Below are positions 25,321 through 34,485 of a stretch of DNA of 52,195 nucleotides, piece after piece (the stretch's first letter is position 1; the number at the start of each line of letters is the position of its first letter). The position numbers and the translations under genes were made by a program. The stretch spans positions 1 to 52,195 of the forward strand of contig CALFZX010000050.1 of NCBI GenBank assembly GCA_937952315.1. Reading direction: 5' to 3'. Origin of the DNA: an uncultured bacterium (GTDB taxonomy: Bacteria; Patescibacteriota; Minisyncoccia; CAIUEV01). Below the pieces are notes generated by a model. The model did not search any database and had not been told where the DNA came from. It saw only the letters and a list, made by a program, of their open reading frames with translations.

Positions 25321-27450
25321 TTATTTTATTTTGCCATCGATTATCTCTTTGGCAATATTCTCCGGTACGCGGGCGTAATGAGAAAATTCCATAGTGTAGT
25401 TTGCTCGGCCTTGGCTCATTGAACGCAATTGAGTCGCATAGCCGAACATATTGGCCAAAGGCACTTTACCTGTGATAATTTTAAGCATAACGGAGCCTTG
25501 GTTACGATCTTCCATGTTTTCGATTTGACCTCTTTTAGAATTCAAATCACCCATAATGTCACCCATGAATTGCTCCGGTGAGACAACCTCGACTTTCATT
25601 ATCGGTTCGATAATATAGGCTTTCCCTTTGCGCATGCCTTCTTTGAAGCCGATGGAGGCGGCAATTTTAAAAGCGGCTTCCGAAGAGTCAACTTCGTGGT
25701 AGGATCCGTCATAAAGAGTGACTTTGACATCTACAACCGGATATCCGGCTACTACTCCGCTTCCCAAGGCTTCTTTAACGCCTTTTTCGGCGGCGGGAAT
25801 AAATTCGTTGGGAATGGAAGCGCCCTTGATAGCATTAACAAACTCAAACCCTTTGCCTTGCTCCTGCGGTTCAACTCGTAGCCAAACATGTCCGTATTGA
25901 CCACGACCGCCACTTTGGCGGATATATTTTCCTTCCGCTTCCGCCAATTCGCCAACGGTCTCCTTGTAAGCGACTCGCGGTTTGCCCAAATTAGCTTCTA
26001 CTTTAAATTCTCTCTTTAAACGATCGGCGATGATTTCCAGATGCAGTTCACCCATGCCGGAAATGATTGTTTCCGCGGTCTCCTCGTCGGTGTGAACTCT
26101 GAAGGTCGGATCCTCGTCGGAAAGTTTTTTGAGTGCCAAGCCCATTTTTTCTTGGTCGGCTTTGGTTTTGGGTTCAATGGAAGCATCAATAACCGGATCG
26201 GGAAATTGCATACTTTCCAAAATAATTTGGTGATTTTCGTCACAGAGCGTGTCTCCGGTAGTCGTGTATTTCAGGCCAACCATGGCGGCGATATCTCCCG
26301 CGTAGACTTCCTCGACATCTTCTCGCTTGTTGGCGTGAAGACGAACTATTCTCCCGATTCTTTCTTTTTGCCCTTTAATCGTGTTTAAAACATAAGTGCC
26401 GGTTTTGAGCGTTCCCGAGTAGACTCGAAAAAAACAAAGATTGCCGACAAAAGGATCGGTGGCCAATTTAAAAGCCAGAGCGGAAAAAGGAGCTGAGTCT
26501 TCAGCCGTGCGCATAATTTCCTCGTCATTTTTTGGATTGACTCCGGAAACGGCCGGTAAATCAAGCGGGGAAGGCAAATAGTCGATGACCATATCAAGCA
26601 ATTTAGCGACAATAACGCCTCGAGAATCTCCGCCGGAAACCGGGAAAAGTTTATTTTCCAGAGTGGCTTTTCTGAGAGCATATTTCAGTTCGTCGTCAGA
26701 AATTTTTCCATCTTCCAGAAAAACTTCAATCAGTTTGTCGTCCGTTTCGGCGACTTTTTCCATCAATACGGCACGATATTCTTCGGCTTTAGCTTTCATA
26801 TCCTCCGGAATCTCCGTTCGTTTGAGCTGAGTATGCTCCTCGTTGGCATAGACATACGCTTTCATGTCGACCAAATCAATCAAGCCTTGAATTTGTTGCT
26901 CTTCGCCGATGGGTAAGGCAATAGCTACGGCATTGCCACTTAATCTTTCCTGAATCGACTTTAAGCTCATATAGAAATCGCCACCAGTTTGATTGATTTT
27001 ATTGATGAAACAAACTCGCGGGACGCTATATTTATCTGCTTGACGCCAAACGGTTTCCGATTGAGGTTCTACTCCCATCTTGCCGTCAAAAACAACGACT
27101 CCACCGTCTAAAACGCGTAAAGATCGCTCCACTTCGACCGTGAAGTCAACATGACCCGGAGTGTCGATGATATTAATTTGATATTCTTTTTTGTTGGCTT
27201 CTTTGAGGCCGTCCGTTCCAAAAGTCGAGGGTGACCAAAAGCAGGTTGTAGCGGCAGCCGTAATCGTAATGCCCCTTTCTCTCTCCTGCTCCATCCAGTC
27301 CATGGTGGCCTCTCCTTCGTGGACCTCTCCTATTTTATGAGAAACACCGGAAAAATACAGAATTCTTTCCGTGGTGGTGGTTTTTCCGGCATCAATATGG
27401 GCGATGATACCAATATTTCTGGTTTTATCCAGACTGTAGTTACGAGCCAT
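25321..27450 (-). CDS. fusA: Elongation factor G
   Basis: 709 aa with [17 protein letters not shown] and the full five-domain length. Confidence 0.95.
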   Translation of the reverse strand: MARNYSLDKTRNIGIIAHIDAGKTTTTERILYFSGVSHKIGEVHEGEATMDWMEQERERGITITAAATTCFWSPSTFGTDGLKEANKKEYQINIIDTPGHVDFTVEVERSLRVLDGGVVVFDGKMGVEPQSETVWRQADKYSVPRVCFINKINQTGGDFYMSLKSIQERLSGNAVAIALPIGEEQQIQGLIDLVDMKAYVYANEEHTQLKRTEIPEDMKAKAEEYRAVLMEKVAETDDKLIEVFLEDGKISDDELKYALRKATLENKLFPVSGGDSRGVIVAKLLDMVIDYLPSPLDLPAVSGVNPKNDEEIMRTAEDSAPFSALAFKLATDPFVGNLCFFRVYSGTLKTGTYVLNTIKGQKERIGRIVRLHANKREDVEEVYAGDIAAMVGLKYTTTGDTLCDENHQIILESMQFPDPVIDASIEPKTKADQEKMGLALKKLSDEDPTFRVHTDEETAETIISGMGELHLEIIADRLKREFKVEANLGKPRVAYKETVGELAEAEGKYIRQSGGRGQYGHVWLRVEPQEQGKGFEFVNAIKGASIPNEFIPAAEKGVKEALGSGVVAGYPVVDVKVTLYDGSYHEVDSSEAAFKIAASIGFKEGMRKGKAYIIEPIMKVEVVSPEQFMGDIMGDLNSKRGQIENMEDRNQGSVMLKIITGKVPLANMFGYATQLRSMSQGRANYTMEFSHYARVPENIAKEIIDGKIK

Positions 27451-27728
27451 TTTTTTGTTTACTTAATTGATAAAAATAAAAACTACTTGACTTATTTTTC
27501 AAGCTGTTGAAAACGATATTATGGAAAAATAAAAAGGACAAGTAAAGGGGTATCGTATATGCCTGAATAGAAATGCATTGCTATATATTTGGATAAATTT
27601 GAAGAAAAAATCTTAAAACTTCAAGAAACAAGAAACAAATTTCAAATAAATTCTAAATCAAAATTCTTCAAATCTAAAATTTTGTTTGAAATTCGTTTTT
27701 TCTGAAATTTGGAGTTTAAATATGTAAT

Positions 27729-29249
27729 TTAATTTTTGGTAGCTACGAACATATTCCTAAACGCTATTAAAAAGACAAATAGAGGCAGAATTTGTGGAGA
27801 GAAGATGGGCGTTTCAAAAATACAATGTAACGCAAACCAGAGAAGAGCAAGGCCGACGGCTAAGTTCCAGATCGGCAGAGCCTGTTTCCCGCTTAGCTTT
27901 CTATTTGTGAACAGCAATGGCATAACTTTATTTAATTGACTAGGGAAAATAGGCTTAATGGCAATAAATAAAATCAAAAGCCAGGCCAATAGACCGGGTA
28001 GCCCGATTTCTGTTGCCAAATCAAGATAGGTATTATGAGCATAAATCGGTTCCCGATATTTCGATTCCGGCCGAATAAAGTTAGAAAAATTTCCCAGTCC
28101 TATGCCCAGGATAGGATTATAGAAAACGGTGCTAATCGCTTCCGTCCAAAGCTCCAATCTTCCCTGGTTGGAACCTTCGTTGAAATCAAAAATAGAAGTA
28201 AATCTCTCGCGAAAAGGAGTGATGGAAGAAACCAGGACGGTGAGAATAAGCAATAAAGCTAAAATCCTAGATATTCTTAGTTTTTCTTCCAGTTTTTTTA
28301 TTTTTAGCGCAAAAGTCGTGTCGGTTTTAGCTTTGATAATGAAAACCAAGAGCCAAACAAAAATTCCGGTTAGTCCGACATAACTACCGCGAGAGAAAGT
28401 CAAGATCAGAGTGCAAAAGGAAATTGAAAAGAAGAGCCAAAGCAATTTATTTTTATTCAGCAAAATAAATACAAATTGGAGAGGCAAGCTCATACCTAAA
28501 TAAAAAGCCAGCATATGAGGGTCGGGAAAAGTGCCGATTGCTCGGAGGAAATCTACTCCTCCAATGCCGACAAACCAACTGGGATTGCTGGCGACCGATT
28601 CACCGACATTGGTGCCGTAAAGAACGGGCGCAATAATTTTGCTCCAAAATTTAAAGAAAAAATCTTGGCCGATAAAAAATTGCAGACAGAATTGGCCGAA
28701 GCCTAAAATGGCAACTAAAAATGAAGAATAGACCCAATATTTGAATAATTTTTCCCAATGAGCAATTTTTCGGAGGGTCGCGACGACAATGAAAAACAGG
28801 GGGAATATAGAGAGAAAGACTAGTATTTTTCTGATGAAACGACCATTGTCCTCGGCGCTAAAAAAAGACAGGAGACTCCAAACTAGAAAAAAAATCACCG
28901 CTAAAGAAAGGTGGGAAAGACTAAGCCAAGGCTTTTTTTGCGAAATTATTTTTAGAAAAAAAACGATTGTCAGCAGAAGAATAATCGCTCGACCGGAAGC
29001 TAAATCGACATCGGCTGACGGATTGAGAGCGATTTGAAAGGGAAAATAGGCGGGAAGAAAAATAATAACCGGTAAGAAAAAGCGATGAATCAAGAAAAAA
29101 GAGATGCTTATCGACAGAATGATCAAGGAAACTAAAGGGTAAAAAACGGAAATAAAAGCACTGCCTAGCATTAACAAACCAAAAAACAGAAAAACTTTTT
29201 CTTCTTGGGAATAGTTTTTGCTGTTTCGCTCGGAGCGGAAATTTTTCAT
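27729..29249 (-). CDS. O-antigen ligase/polymerase-family (Wzy_C) polytopic membrane protein
   Basis: 506 aa with >10 TM segments and a central loop region, FSRGSYVGL...AHNTYLDLATEIGLPGL, typical of Wzy_C. Confidence 0.65.
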   Translation of the reverse strand: MKNFRSERNSKNYSQEEKVFLFFGLLMLGSAFISVFYPLVSLIILSISISFFLIHRFFLPVIIFLPAYFPFQIALNPSADVDLASGRAIILLLTIVFFLKIISQKKPWLSLSHLSLAVIFFLVWSLLSFFSAEDNGRFIRKILVFLSIFPLFFIVVATLRKIAHWEKLFKYWVYSSFLVAILGFGQFCLQFFIGQDFFFKFWSKIIAPVLYGTNVGESVASNPSWFVGIGGVDFLRAIGTFPDPHMLAFYLGMSLPLQFVFILLNKNKLLWLFFSISFCTLILTFSRGSYVGLTGIFVWLLVFIIKAKTDTTFALKIKKLEEKLRISRILALLLILTVLVSSITPFRERFTSIFDFNEGSNQGRLELWTEAISTVFYNPILGIGLGNFSNFIRPESKYREPIYAHNTYLDLATEIGLPGLLAWLLILFIAIKPIFPSQLNKVMPLLFTNRKLSGKQALPIWNLAVGLALLWFALHCIFETPIFSPQILPLFVFLIAFRNMFVATKN

Positions 29250-29266
29250 AACGGGAGAATTGAAGA

Positions 29267-30523
29267 CTATTTTAACATTGAGACTATAGTTTTGATCGCT
29301 TTTTCTCTGTCAATCAAAGCAGAATCTTTCTCTGTGCGGGCTTTAATTTCAATAGAATTATTGGCTAAAGTTTTGGGAGAGACGACGATTCTCATTGGAA
29401 GACCGATTAAATCAGCGTCGCTGAATTTTTCTCCGGGACTGACAGCTCGATCATCGTAAAGAATTTCGATGCCGGCTTTGGTTAAGTCCTCGTAGAGTGA
29501 CTCGGTTGTTTTGTTGACTTTTTCGTCTTTTTCAACGCCCAAGCTAATCAAACAGGCTTGGAAAGGCGCAACGGATTTCGGCCAAACCAGACCTTTTTCA
29601 TCGCTGAAAACTTCGGCTAGAGTGCCAATCAATCTTTGGAGCCCGATGCCATAACAGCCCATAATTACCGTCTTTTTCTCTCCCTTCGGATCGACAAAGC
29701 TAAGGTCGAAGGGGGCGGAATATTTGGTGTTAAGTTTGAAAATATTGCCTACTTCAACCGCTTTTTCTTCTCTTAAATTTTTGTTTCCGCATTTTGGGCA
29801 GGCGTGTTTCAGGTCATCCAAAATTTCTTTGTTAACAGCCAGATTACACTTGTCGCAAATATAGATTAAATCTTCTCCCGCTTCGGTCAGAGTTTGAAAC
29901 TCGTGAGAATAGCGGCTGAAACTGCCACCGGAGGCAAAAGTTAGGAAGGTTTTTTCGCTCAACCCGATTCTTCTGAATATATTTTGATAAGATTCGGTCA
30001 TTTTGTCGTAAAAAACATCCAGATCTTTTTCGTTGCCATGAAAAGAATAGAGATCTTTCATCAAAAATTCTCGTCCGCGCATTAAACCGGACTTGGCGCG
30101 CAGTTCTTTACGAAATTTATTTTGAAATTGGAACAAAGCGAGTGGCAAATCACGGTAAGAACGAATGAAACTTTTGGCCAAAGGTACAATAACTTCTTCG
30201 TGGGTGGGCCCCAAAACAAACTCACGATCGCCTTCTTTGAGCTTATAAATATCTTCGTATGAAGTCAATCTACCCGTTTTTTCCCAATTTTTTGCCGGAT
30301 GCATCGAGGGTAAAAAAAGCTCTTGGCCACCGACTTTTTCCATTTCATCGCGAATTATATTTTCAATTTTTTTAAGAACCTTAAAGCCCAGGGGTAGTAA
30401 GGAATAAATTCCGGCGGATAGTTTATTGACGAAGCCGGCTTGAACCAATAATTTAGCATTCACGCTTTGTTCGTCTTTCGGCGCCGTAGCCACAGTTTGG
30501 AGATAATAATTACTTCGTTTCAT
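29267..30523 (-). CDS. proS: Prolyl-tRNA synthetase, short form lacking the INS editing domain
   Basis: 418 aa. It has class II motif 2 FRKELRAKSGLMRGREF, motif 3 GCYGIG, and a C-terminal anticodon-binding domain. A CxxC...CxxC mini-insert (CDKC...CPKC) sits where INS normally lies. Confidence 0.85.
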   Translation of the reverse strand: MKRSNYYLQTVATAPKDEQSVNAKLLVQAGFVNKLSAGIYSLLPLGFKVLKKIENIIRDEMEKVGGQELFLPSMHPAKNWEKTGRLTSYEDIYKLKEGDREFVLGPTHEEVIVPLAKSFIRSYRDLPLALFQFQNKFRKELRAKSGLMRGREFLMKDLYSFHGNEKDLDVFYDKMTESYQNIFRRIGLSEKTFLTFASGGSFSRYSHEFQTLTEAGEDLIYICDKCNLAVNKEILDDLKHACPKCGNKNLREEKAVEVGNIFKLNTKYSAPFDLSFVDPKGEKKTVIMGCYGIGLQRLIGTLAEVFSDEKGLVWPKSVAPFQACLISLGVEKDEKVNKTTESLYEDLTKAGIEILYDDRAVSPGEKFSDADLIGLPMRIVVSPKTLANNSIEIKARTEKDSALIDREKAIKTIVSMLK

Positions 30524-30656
30524 TTTTTTACGGTTATTTTTAAAAATATGATTACAGAAAACAATAATTCGAGCAAAATGATTTTGCCTAAATAAAATTT
30601 GAGGAGTATCAATAAAAAGTAATAATCAATTAATAAACTTAATCTGTTTAATCGAT

Positions 30657-31046
30657 ATGACTGGCGTATATAACGAAAAAGTAATGGATCATTTTATCAA
30701 TCCGCGAAACTTGGGTAGTCTTAAAAATGCCGACGGCAAGGGCGAAGTCGGCAATCCGGTCTGTGGCGATATGATGAATCTTTATATAAAAGTTGATAAA
30801 AATGGAACGGGAGGAGAGACTATCTCGGAAATAAAATTTGAAACTCTCGGTTGCGGAGCGGCGATTGCCACTTCTTCCATCGTGACGGAGATGGCTAAAG
30901 GTAAAACGCTGGAAGAAGCGGAAAAAATTAGCGATTTGGATGTCGCTCGGGAGCTGGGCGGATTGCCTCCTCAAAAATTGCACTGTTCCAACTTGGCGGC
31001 CAGCGCATTGAAAAAAGCGATCAGGGATTACAGGGTGAAGAAGTAG
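30657..31046 (+). CDS. iscU: IscU/NifU-like Fe-S cluster scaffold
   Basis: 129 aa with the three conserved Cys contexts NPVCGD, LGCGAAIA and LHCSNLA. Confidence 0.9.
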   Translation: MTGVYNEKVMDHFINPRNLGSLKNADGKGEVGNPVCGDMMNLYIKVDKNGTGGETISEIKFETLGCGAAIATSSIVTEMAKGKTLEEAEKISDLDVARELGGLPPQKLHCSNLAASALKKAIRDYRVKK

Positions 31047-31070
31047 AGGGAATAAAATTTTTAATTTCTA

Positions 31071-31200
31071 ATTTTCAATTTTCAAACAATTTTCAATGAT
31101 TAAATTTTATAATTTTCAAATATGAATTAATATTTATCTTTAGTTTGAAAATTGGAACATTGATAAATTAAGCATTGTTTAAAAATTGAAAATTGAAAAT
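31071..31200. repeat. AT-rich element with nested inverted repeats
   Basis: The outer arms attttcaattttcaa (31071-31085) and ttgaaaattgaaaat (31186-31200) are perfect 15-mers. The inner arms are aattttcaaa (31111-31120) and tttgaaaatt (31144-31153). Confidence 0.7.
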
Positions 31201-31276
31201 CGACTGGATTTTCTTGCCAAAAATCTTTTATTCATCTAAACAAAAAGCGATAATCTCAAAACCTAATTTAAAATTA

Positions 31277-31954
31277 ATGCCTTTTCTTATATCTTTTTCC
31301 GGTTTAGATGGAAGCGGAAAAACTCAGTTAATCGTGCTGATGCGCCGTTTTTTTAAACGACAAGGCATTTCTTATACCCAAATTCACTTTGTGAACGATT
31401 CTTTGGAAAATCGAATAGCCAAAAAACTTCTGGGAGACAAAAAGGTGGCTGATTTGTCGGAAAAAAGAAATCGAAGAGCGGAAGAAAAAAAGATCTCTTT
31501 TTTAGCTTACTGGGTTAGACTGTTTTTTCTCTGTCTTTATGCTTGTAATTTGAAAATTCGTCTTTTTAAACTGAGAAAACGATACGGGGTAGTGATTTTT
31601 GATCGTTATATTTATGATAGGATCGCACAATTGGCTTATTTACGCAGAAAGCGAGATCTAAAATTCGAAAAAAGATTGGTTCGTTTTTTTCCTCGTCCCA
31701 ATCTCCCCTTCTTTTTACATGTTTTGCCGGAGCAGTCGCTGGAAAGAAAAAAGGAATTGAGGGAAGAGGCTCAGGGAATCGAATATCTCAAAATGAAATA
31801 CGAAATTTTCGATCAAGAGAGAGACAGTTGGGGTTTATTGGTGATAGACAATTCGGTTTTAACCGTTTCCGAGGCGAAAAAGAAAATCATTGCGTTGTTC
31901 AAGAAAAAATATTTGCGTTTTAAAAAACAGGAAAAGAAAAAAAGCGTTCGTTAA
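31277..31954 (+). CDS. Thymidylate kinase-like P-loop kinase
   Basis: ISFSGLDGSGKTQ is the P-loop, and FDRYIYDRIAQLAY is a DRY-type motif. I prefer the ATG at 31277 over the TTG at 31193 used in the track, because that TTG lies inside the inverted-repeat element. Confidence 0.55.
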   Translation: MPFLISFSGLDGSGKTQLIVLMRRFFKRQGISYTQIHFVNDSLENRIAKKLLGDKKVADLSEKRNRRAEEKKISFLAYWVRLFFLCLYACNLKIRLFKLRKRYGVVIFDRYIYDRIAQLAYLRRKRDLKFEKRLVRFFPRPNLPFFLHVLPEQSLERKKELREEAQGIEYLKMKYEIFDQERDSWGLLVIDNSVLTVSEAKKKIIALFKKKYLRFKKQEKKKSVR

Positions 31955-31973
31955 TTTTTTATTTATCTCAAAT

Positions 31974-32705
31974 ATGCCAGTCGAAAAAGATTTACTGCTA
32001 CAAAAAAGTGCTTTGGACCTAGCAAAAAAGCTAGGTATGCAGTTTAGAGACATCTCCATTTTGGAAAACTCTCTTATCCATCGATCATTTCTCAATGAGC
32101 ATCGAAGCTGGAAACTGGCCAGTAACGAGAGATTGGAGTTCTTGGGTGATGCGGTTTTGGAGCTGATCGTGACTGATCATCTTTTTCATCATTACGGGAA
32201 CGAAGAGGGTGACCTAACCAATTGGAGAGCCGCTCTGGTAAGCGCGGAAAGTTTGGCTCCGGTGGCGGAGAAATTGGAAATCGAAAAGTTTCTTTTTGTC
32301 GGTAAGGGCGAAAAAAGAAATAAGCGATCAAAATTGAATATTTTGGCGGACGCTTTCGAGGCGGTAATCGGCGCTATTTATTTGGATCAAGGAATCGAAA
32401 AAACTACGAATTTTATTTTGCAAAATATTGTCAGTCGCTTACCGGAAATTTTGGAAAATCAACTTTTTGTCGATGCTAAAACGGCTTTGCAGGAAAAGGC
32501 TCAGCAGGAATGGAAATTTACTCCTCATTATGTCGTTTTGCAGGAGGGCGGTCCCGATCATAATAAATGGTTTGAGGTGGGTGTCAAAATCGAGAATGAT
32601 TTAATCGGTCGCGGGAAGGGCAGCAGCAAACAGAAAGCGGAAAAAGAGGCGGCCAAAGATGCGCTCGATCAATTAAAGAAAGCTAAAAAAAAGATTGAAA
32701 AATAG
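31974..32705 (+). CDS. rnc: Ribonuclease III
   Basis: It has the signature ERLEFLGDAVLEL and a C-terminal dsRBD (GPDHNKWFEV...GSSKQKAEKEAA). I prefer the ATG at 31974, because the track start at 31890 overlaps the upstream gene. Confidence 0.9.
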   Translation: MPVEKDLLLQKSALDLAKKLGMQFRDISILENSLIHRSFLNEHRSWKLASNERLEFLGDAVLELIVTDHLFHHYGNEEGDLTNWRAALVSAESLAPVAEKLEIEKFLFVGKGEKRNKRSKLNILADAFEAVIGAIYLDQGIEKTTNFILQNIVSRLPEILENQLFVDAKTALQEKAQQEWKFTPHYVVLQEGGPDHNKWFEVGVKIENDLIGRGKGSSKQKAEKEAAKDALDQLKKAKKKIEK

Positions 32706-32721
32706 AAAATAATTTCTCATT

Positions 32722-33198
32722 ATGATTATCTTGGGAATCGATCCCGGTACGGCCACGACCGGTTACGGAGTGGTGCAAAAAGAGGGAAGAAATTTTGTGC
32801 CTATTGAATACGGTTGTATCTTGACTAAAGCGGGAACCGATCCGGGAATGAGATTGATTAAGATTGAAGAAAACCTAACGAAAATCATTGATAAATATCA
32901 TCCCGAAGAAGTGGCTGTGGAAAAATTGTTTTTTCTAAAAAATCTAAAAACCGGTATTGAAGTTGCTCAAGCGCGCGGAGTGATTATTTTTTCTTTGGCC
33001 AAGGCCGGTATTAAAACTTATGGCTACACGCCTCTCGAAGTTAAATCTTCTGTGACTGGCTACGGGCAGGCGACTAAAAATCAGGTGCAAAAAATGGTAC
33101 AGCGTATCTTGGATCTTGAGACTATTCCTCGACCGGACGATGCCGCCGACGCGCTGGCCATCGCCATTTGCCACGGTTGTCGAATGAGAATCGGGTAG
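32722..33198 (+). CDS. ruvC: Holliday junction resolvase RuvC
   Basis: 158 aa with ILGIDPGTATTGYG and the C-terminal DAADALAIAICH. Confidence 0.9.
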   Translation: MIILGIDPGTATTGYGVVQKEGRNFVPIEYGCILTKAGTDPGMRLIKIEENLTKIIDKYHPEEVAVEKLFFLKNLKTGIEVAQARGVIIFSLAKAGIKTYGYTPLEVKSSVTGYGQATKNQVQKMVQRILDLETIPRPDDAADALAIAICHGCRMRIG

Positions 33199-33239
33199 AG
33201 CGCTCAAATCTTAAAAAGCGCAAAAAATTTGAGTTTTGT

Positions 33240-33790
33240 AGAGGATATTCCAAGGGCTCCACATAACACTAGGGGGCCTGAAATATCTCAGTCGGAAGAA
33301 TTAAGAATCATTCAATTAAGTTCGGTAAGAACGCTCAAGATTTTCTATTAAGATTATACTATCTTTATCAAGGTAAAATTAAAATGCTCAAATCGATAAT
33401 GGCTCAGAGTTTCTAGGATATTTTGAAAAAGAACTTAAGAAAAAAGAAATGCGAAGATATTTTTCAAGAGTTAACCTTCCGAAAAATAATCCTTTTTAAT
33501 GAGAGATTTAATGACACCCTGAAAAGAGAGTATCTGGAGCTCAGACATTTTCGTTACGATCTGGAAGAATTATAGAGATTTGACTGAAGGGTTAATCAAG
33601 CACTGGTTTGTCAAACCCTTGCTCAGTTTCATTTCAAATATCACAAGGTGTTACCTAATTTACCCTTCAAGGGTGCTACAAAGGAAGGGAAAAAAGTTGA
33701 TTGCGGAAAAATCAATATCGAAATCAAGGAAAAGACACATTTCGGCATTTAGAATTTTTGTTGACACTCTTCAATTGTTTGGCTAATAAT
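33240..33790 (+). pseudogene. Decayed DDE (rve integrase-core) transposase remnant
   Basis: My translations give QIDNGSEFLGYFEKELKKK, with the DNGSEF motif at 33395-33412. After a frameshift in an A-run comes CEDIFQELTFRKIILFNERFNDTLKREYL...LEEL*, an NG-ERFN-TLK-E-type motif. All frames contain stops and the N-terminal part is missing. Confidence 0.6.
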
Positions 33791-33808
33791 AGTACATAAG
33801 CATTGAAA

Positions 33809-33895
33809 GCCGCGGTGCTGAAACTGGTAGACAGGCTAGCTTGAGGGGCTAGTGTCCTTTAGGGCGTAGGAGTTCGACTCTCCTCCGCGGCACCA
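33809..33895 (+). tRNA. tRNA-Leu (anticodon GAG), type II with long variable arm, CCA encoded
   Basis: The hand fold gives:
- acceptor GCCGCGG/CCGCGGC
- 3-bp D stem with a GGTAGA loop
- anticodon stem CTAGC/GCTAG with loop TT-GAG-GG
- T arm AGGAG-TTCGACT-CTCCT
- discriminator A followed by CCA. Confidence 0.85.
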
Positions 33896-33906
33896 AGGAA
33901 AATATA

Positions 33907-34088
33907 GGAGCAGGAGCAAGGGAAAAGTAGCAAGTAGCAAGGGACAAGGGGAGAAAGGAGTTAGTAGCAAGTTACAAGTTACAAGTTGCAAGTTGCAAGG
34001 AGCAAGAAAAAAACTACTGACGGTTTCCTTGTCCCTTGTACCTTACCCCTTACCCCTTACCCCTAAATTCTTGTTCCTTGTAACTTAT
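33907..34088. repeat. Field of short G/A-rich and complementary C/T-rich repeats immediately 3' of tRNA-Leu
   Basis: Tandem heptamers caagtt[a/g] occur 4 times (about 33968-33996), and cccctta occurs ~3 times (about 34043-34064). Reverse-complement matches include caagggacaagg vs ccttgtcccttg. Confidence 0.7.
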
Positions 34089-34109
34089 TTTAATAATTAA
34101 AAACACCCT

Positions 34110-34457
34110 ATGTTCCGTTTCCTCGTCCAAATCATCATTAATGCCATCGCCATTTTGATTGCCGCTTATTTGGTGCCCGGTCTTGATTTTAGCGGGGACA
34201 TTTGGAAGCTTCTGGTGGCCGGTGCGATTCTCGGTCTGGCCAACGCCTGGATTAAACCCCTGTTAAATTTAATTTCTCTGCCTTTGATTTTGATAACTTT
34301 TGGACTTTTTACTTTAGTGATTAATGTGGCGATTCTTTCCTTTGTGGCTTTTTTGGTGCCCGGTTTGTCAATTCAAGATTGGATGAGCGCGCTTTGGGGC
34401 TTTTTAATAATCAGTTTAACCAACTATGCGCTGGGGTTTTTATTAGAAAAAGAGTAA
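34110..34457 (+). CDS. DUF360 / phage-holin-family-4-like small membrane protein
   Basis: 115 aa with 4 TM segments and the typical IINAIAILIAAYLVPG start. Confidence 0.6.
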   Translation: MFRFLVQIIINAIAILIAAYLVPGLDFSGDIWKLLVAGAILGLANAWIKPLLNLISLPLILITFGLFTLVINVAILSFVAFLVPGLSIQDWMSALWGFLIISLTNYALGFLLEKE

Positions 34458-34485
34458 AGTTCTGTTTTTTTTGAATTTATCGAAA

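Noticed and set aside
27451-27728. 278-bp spacer upstream of fusA examined for an ncRNA, a riboswitch or a clear promoter
   Set aside because: I found only AT-rich low complexity and weak hexamer matches with poor spacing, for example TTTACT-19-TATAAT-like on the minus strand. Nothing here can be supported without covariance-model searches.
30648-30983. 111-aa minus-strand ORF opposite iscU. The same applies to 47600-48058(+), 50006-50395(-), 21362-21760(+), 26041-26388(+) and 22302-22643(-)
   Set aside because: All lie fully inside, or overlap, strongly supported genes on the other strand or in another frame (one also runs across tRNA-Arg). None has recognisable motifs.
31193-31276. N-terminal extensions given by the ORF track for the kinase-like gene (TTG 31193) and for rnc (31890-31973)
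   Set aside because: The extensions overlap a repeat element or the upstream gene and add non-conserved, basic low-complexity residues. ATGs at 31277 and 31974 give N-termini that begin right at the conserved domains.
33580-33786. 68-aa ORF in the ruvC/tRNA-Leu gap
   Set aside because: It lies within the decayed transposase region, in a frame that only partly follows the remnant. It has no RBS or motif of its own.
34110-34457. Holin-family protein as evidence of a prophage
   Set aside because: DUF360/holin-family-4 proteins are common chromosomal membrane proteins. There are no phage structural, lysis or integrase genes nearby.
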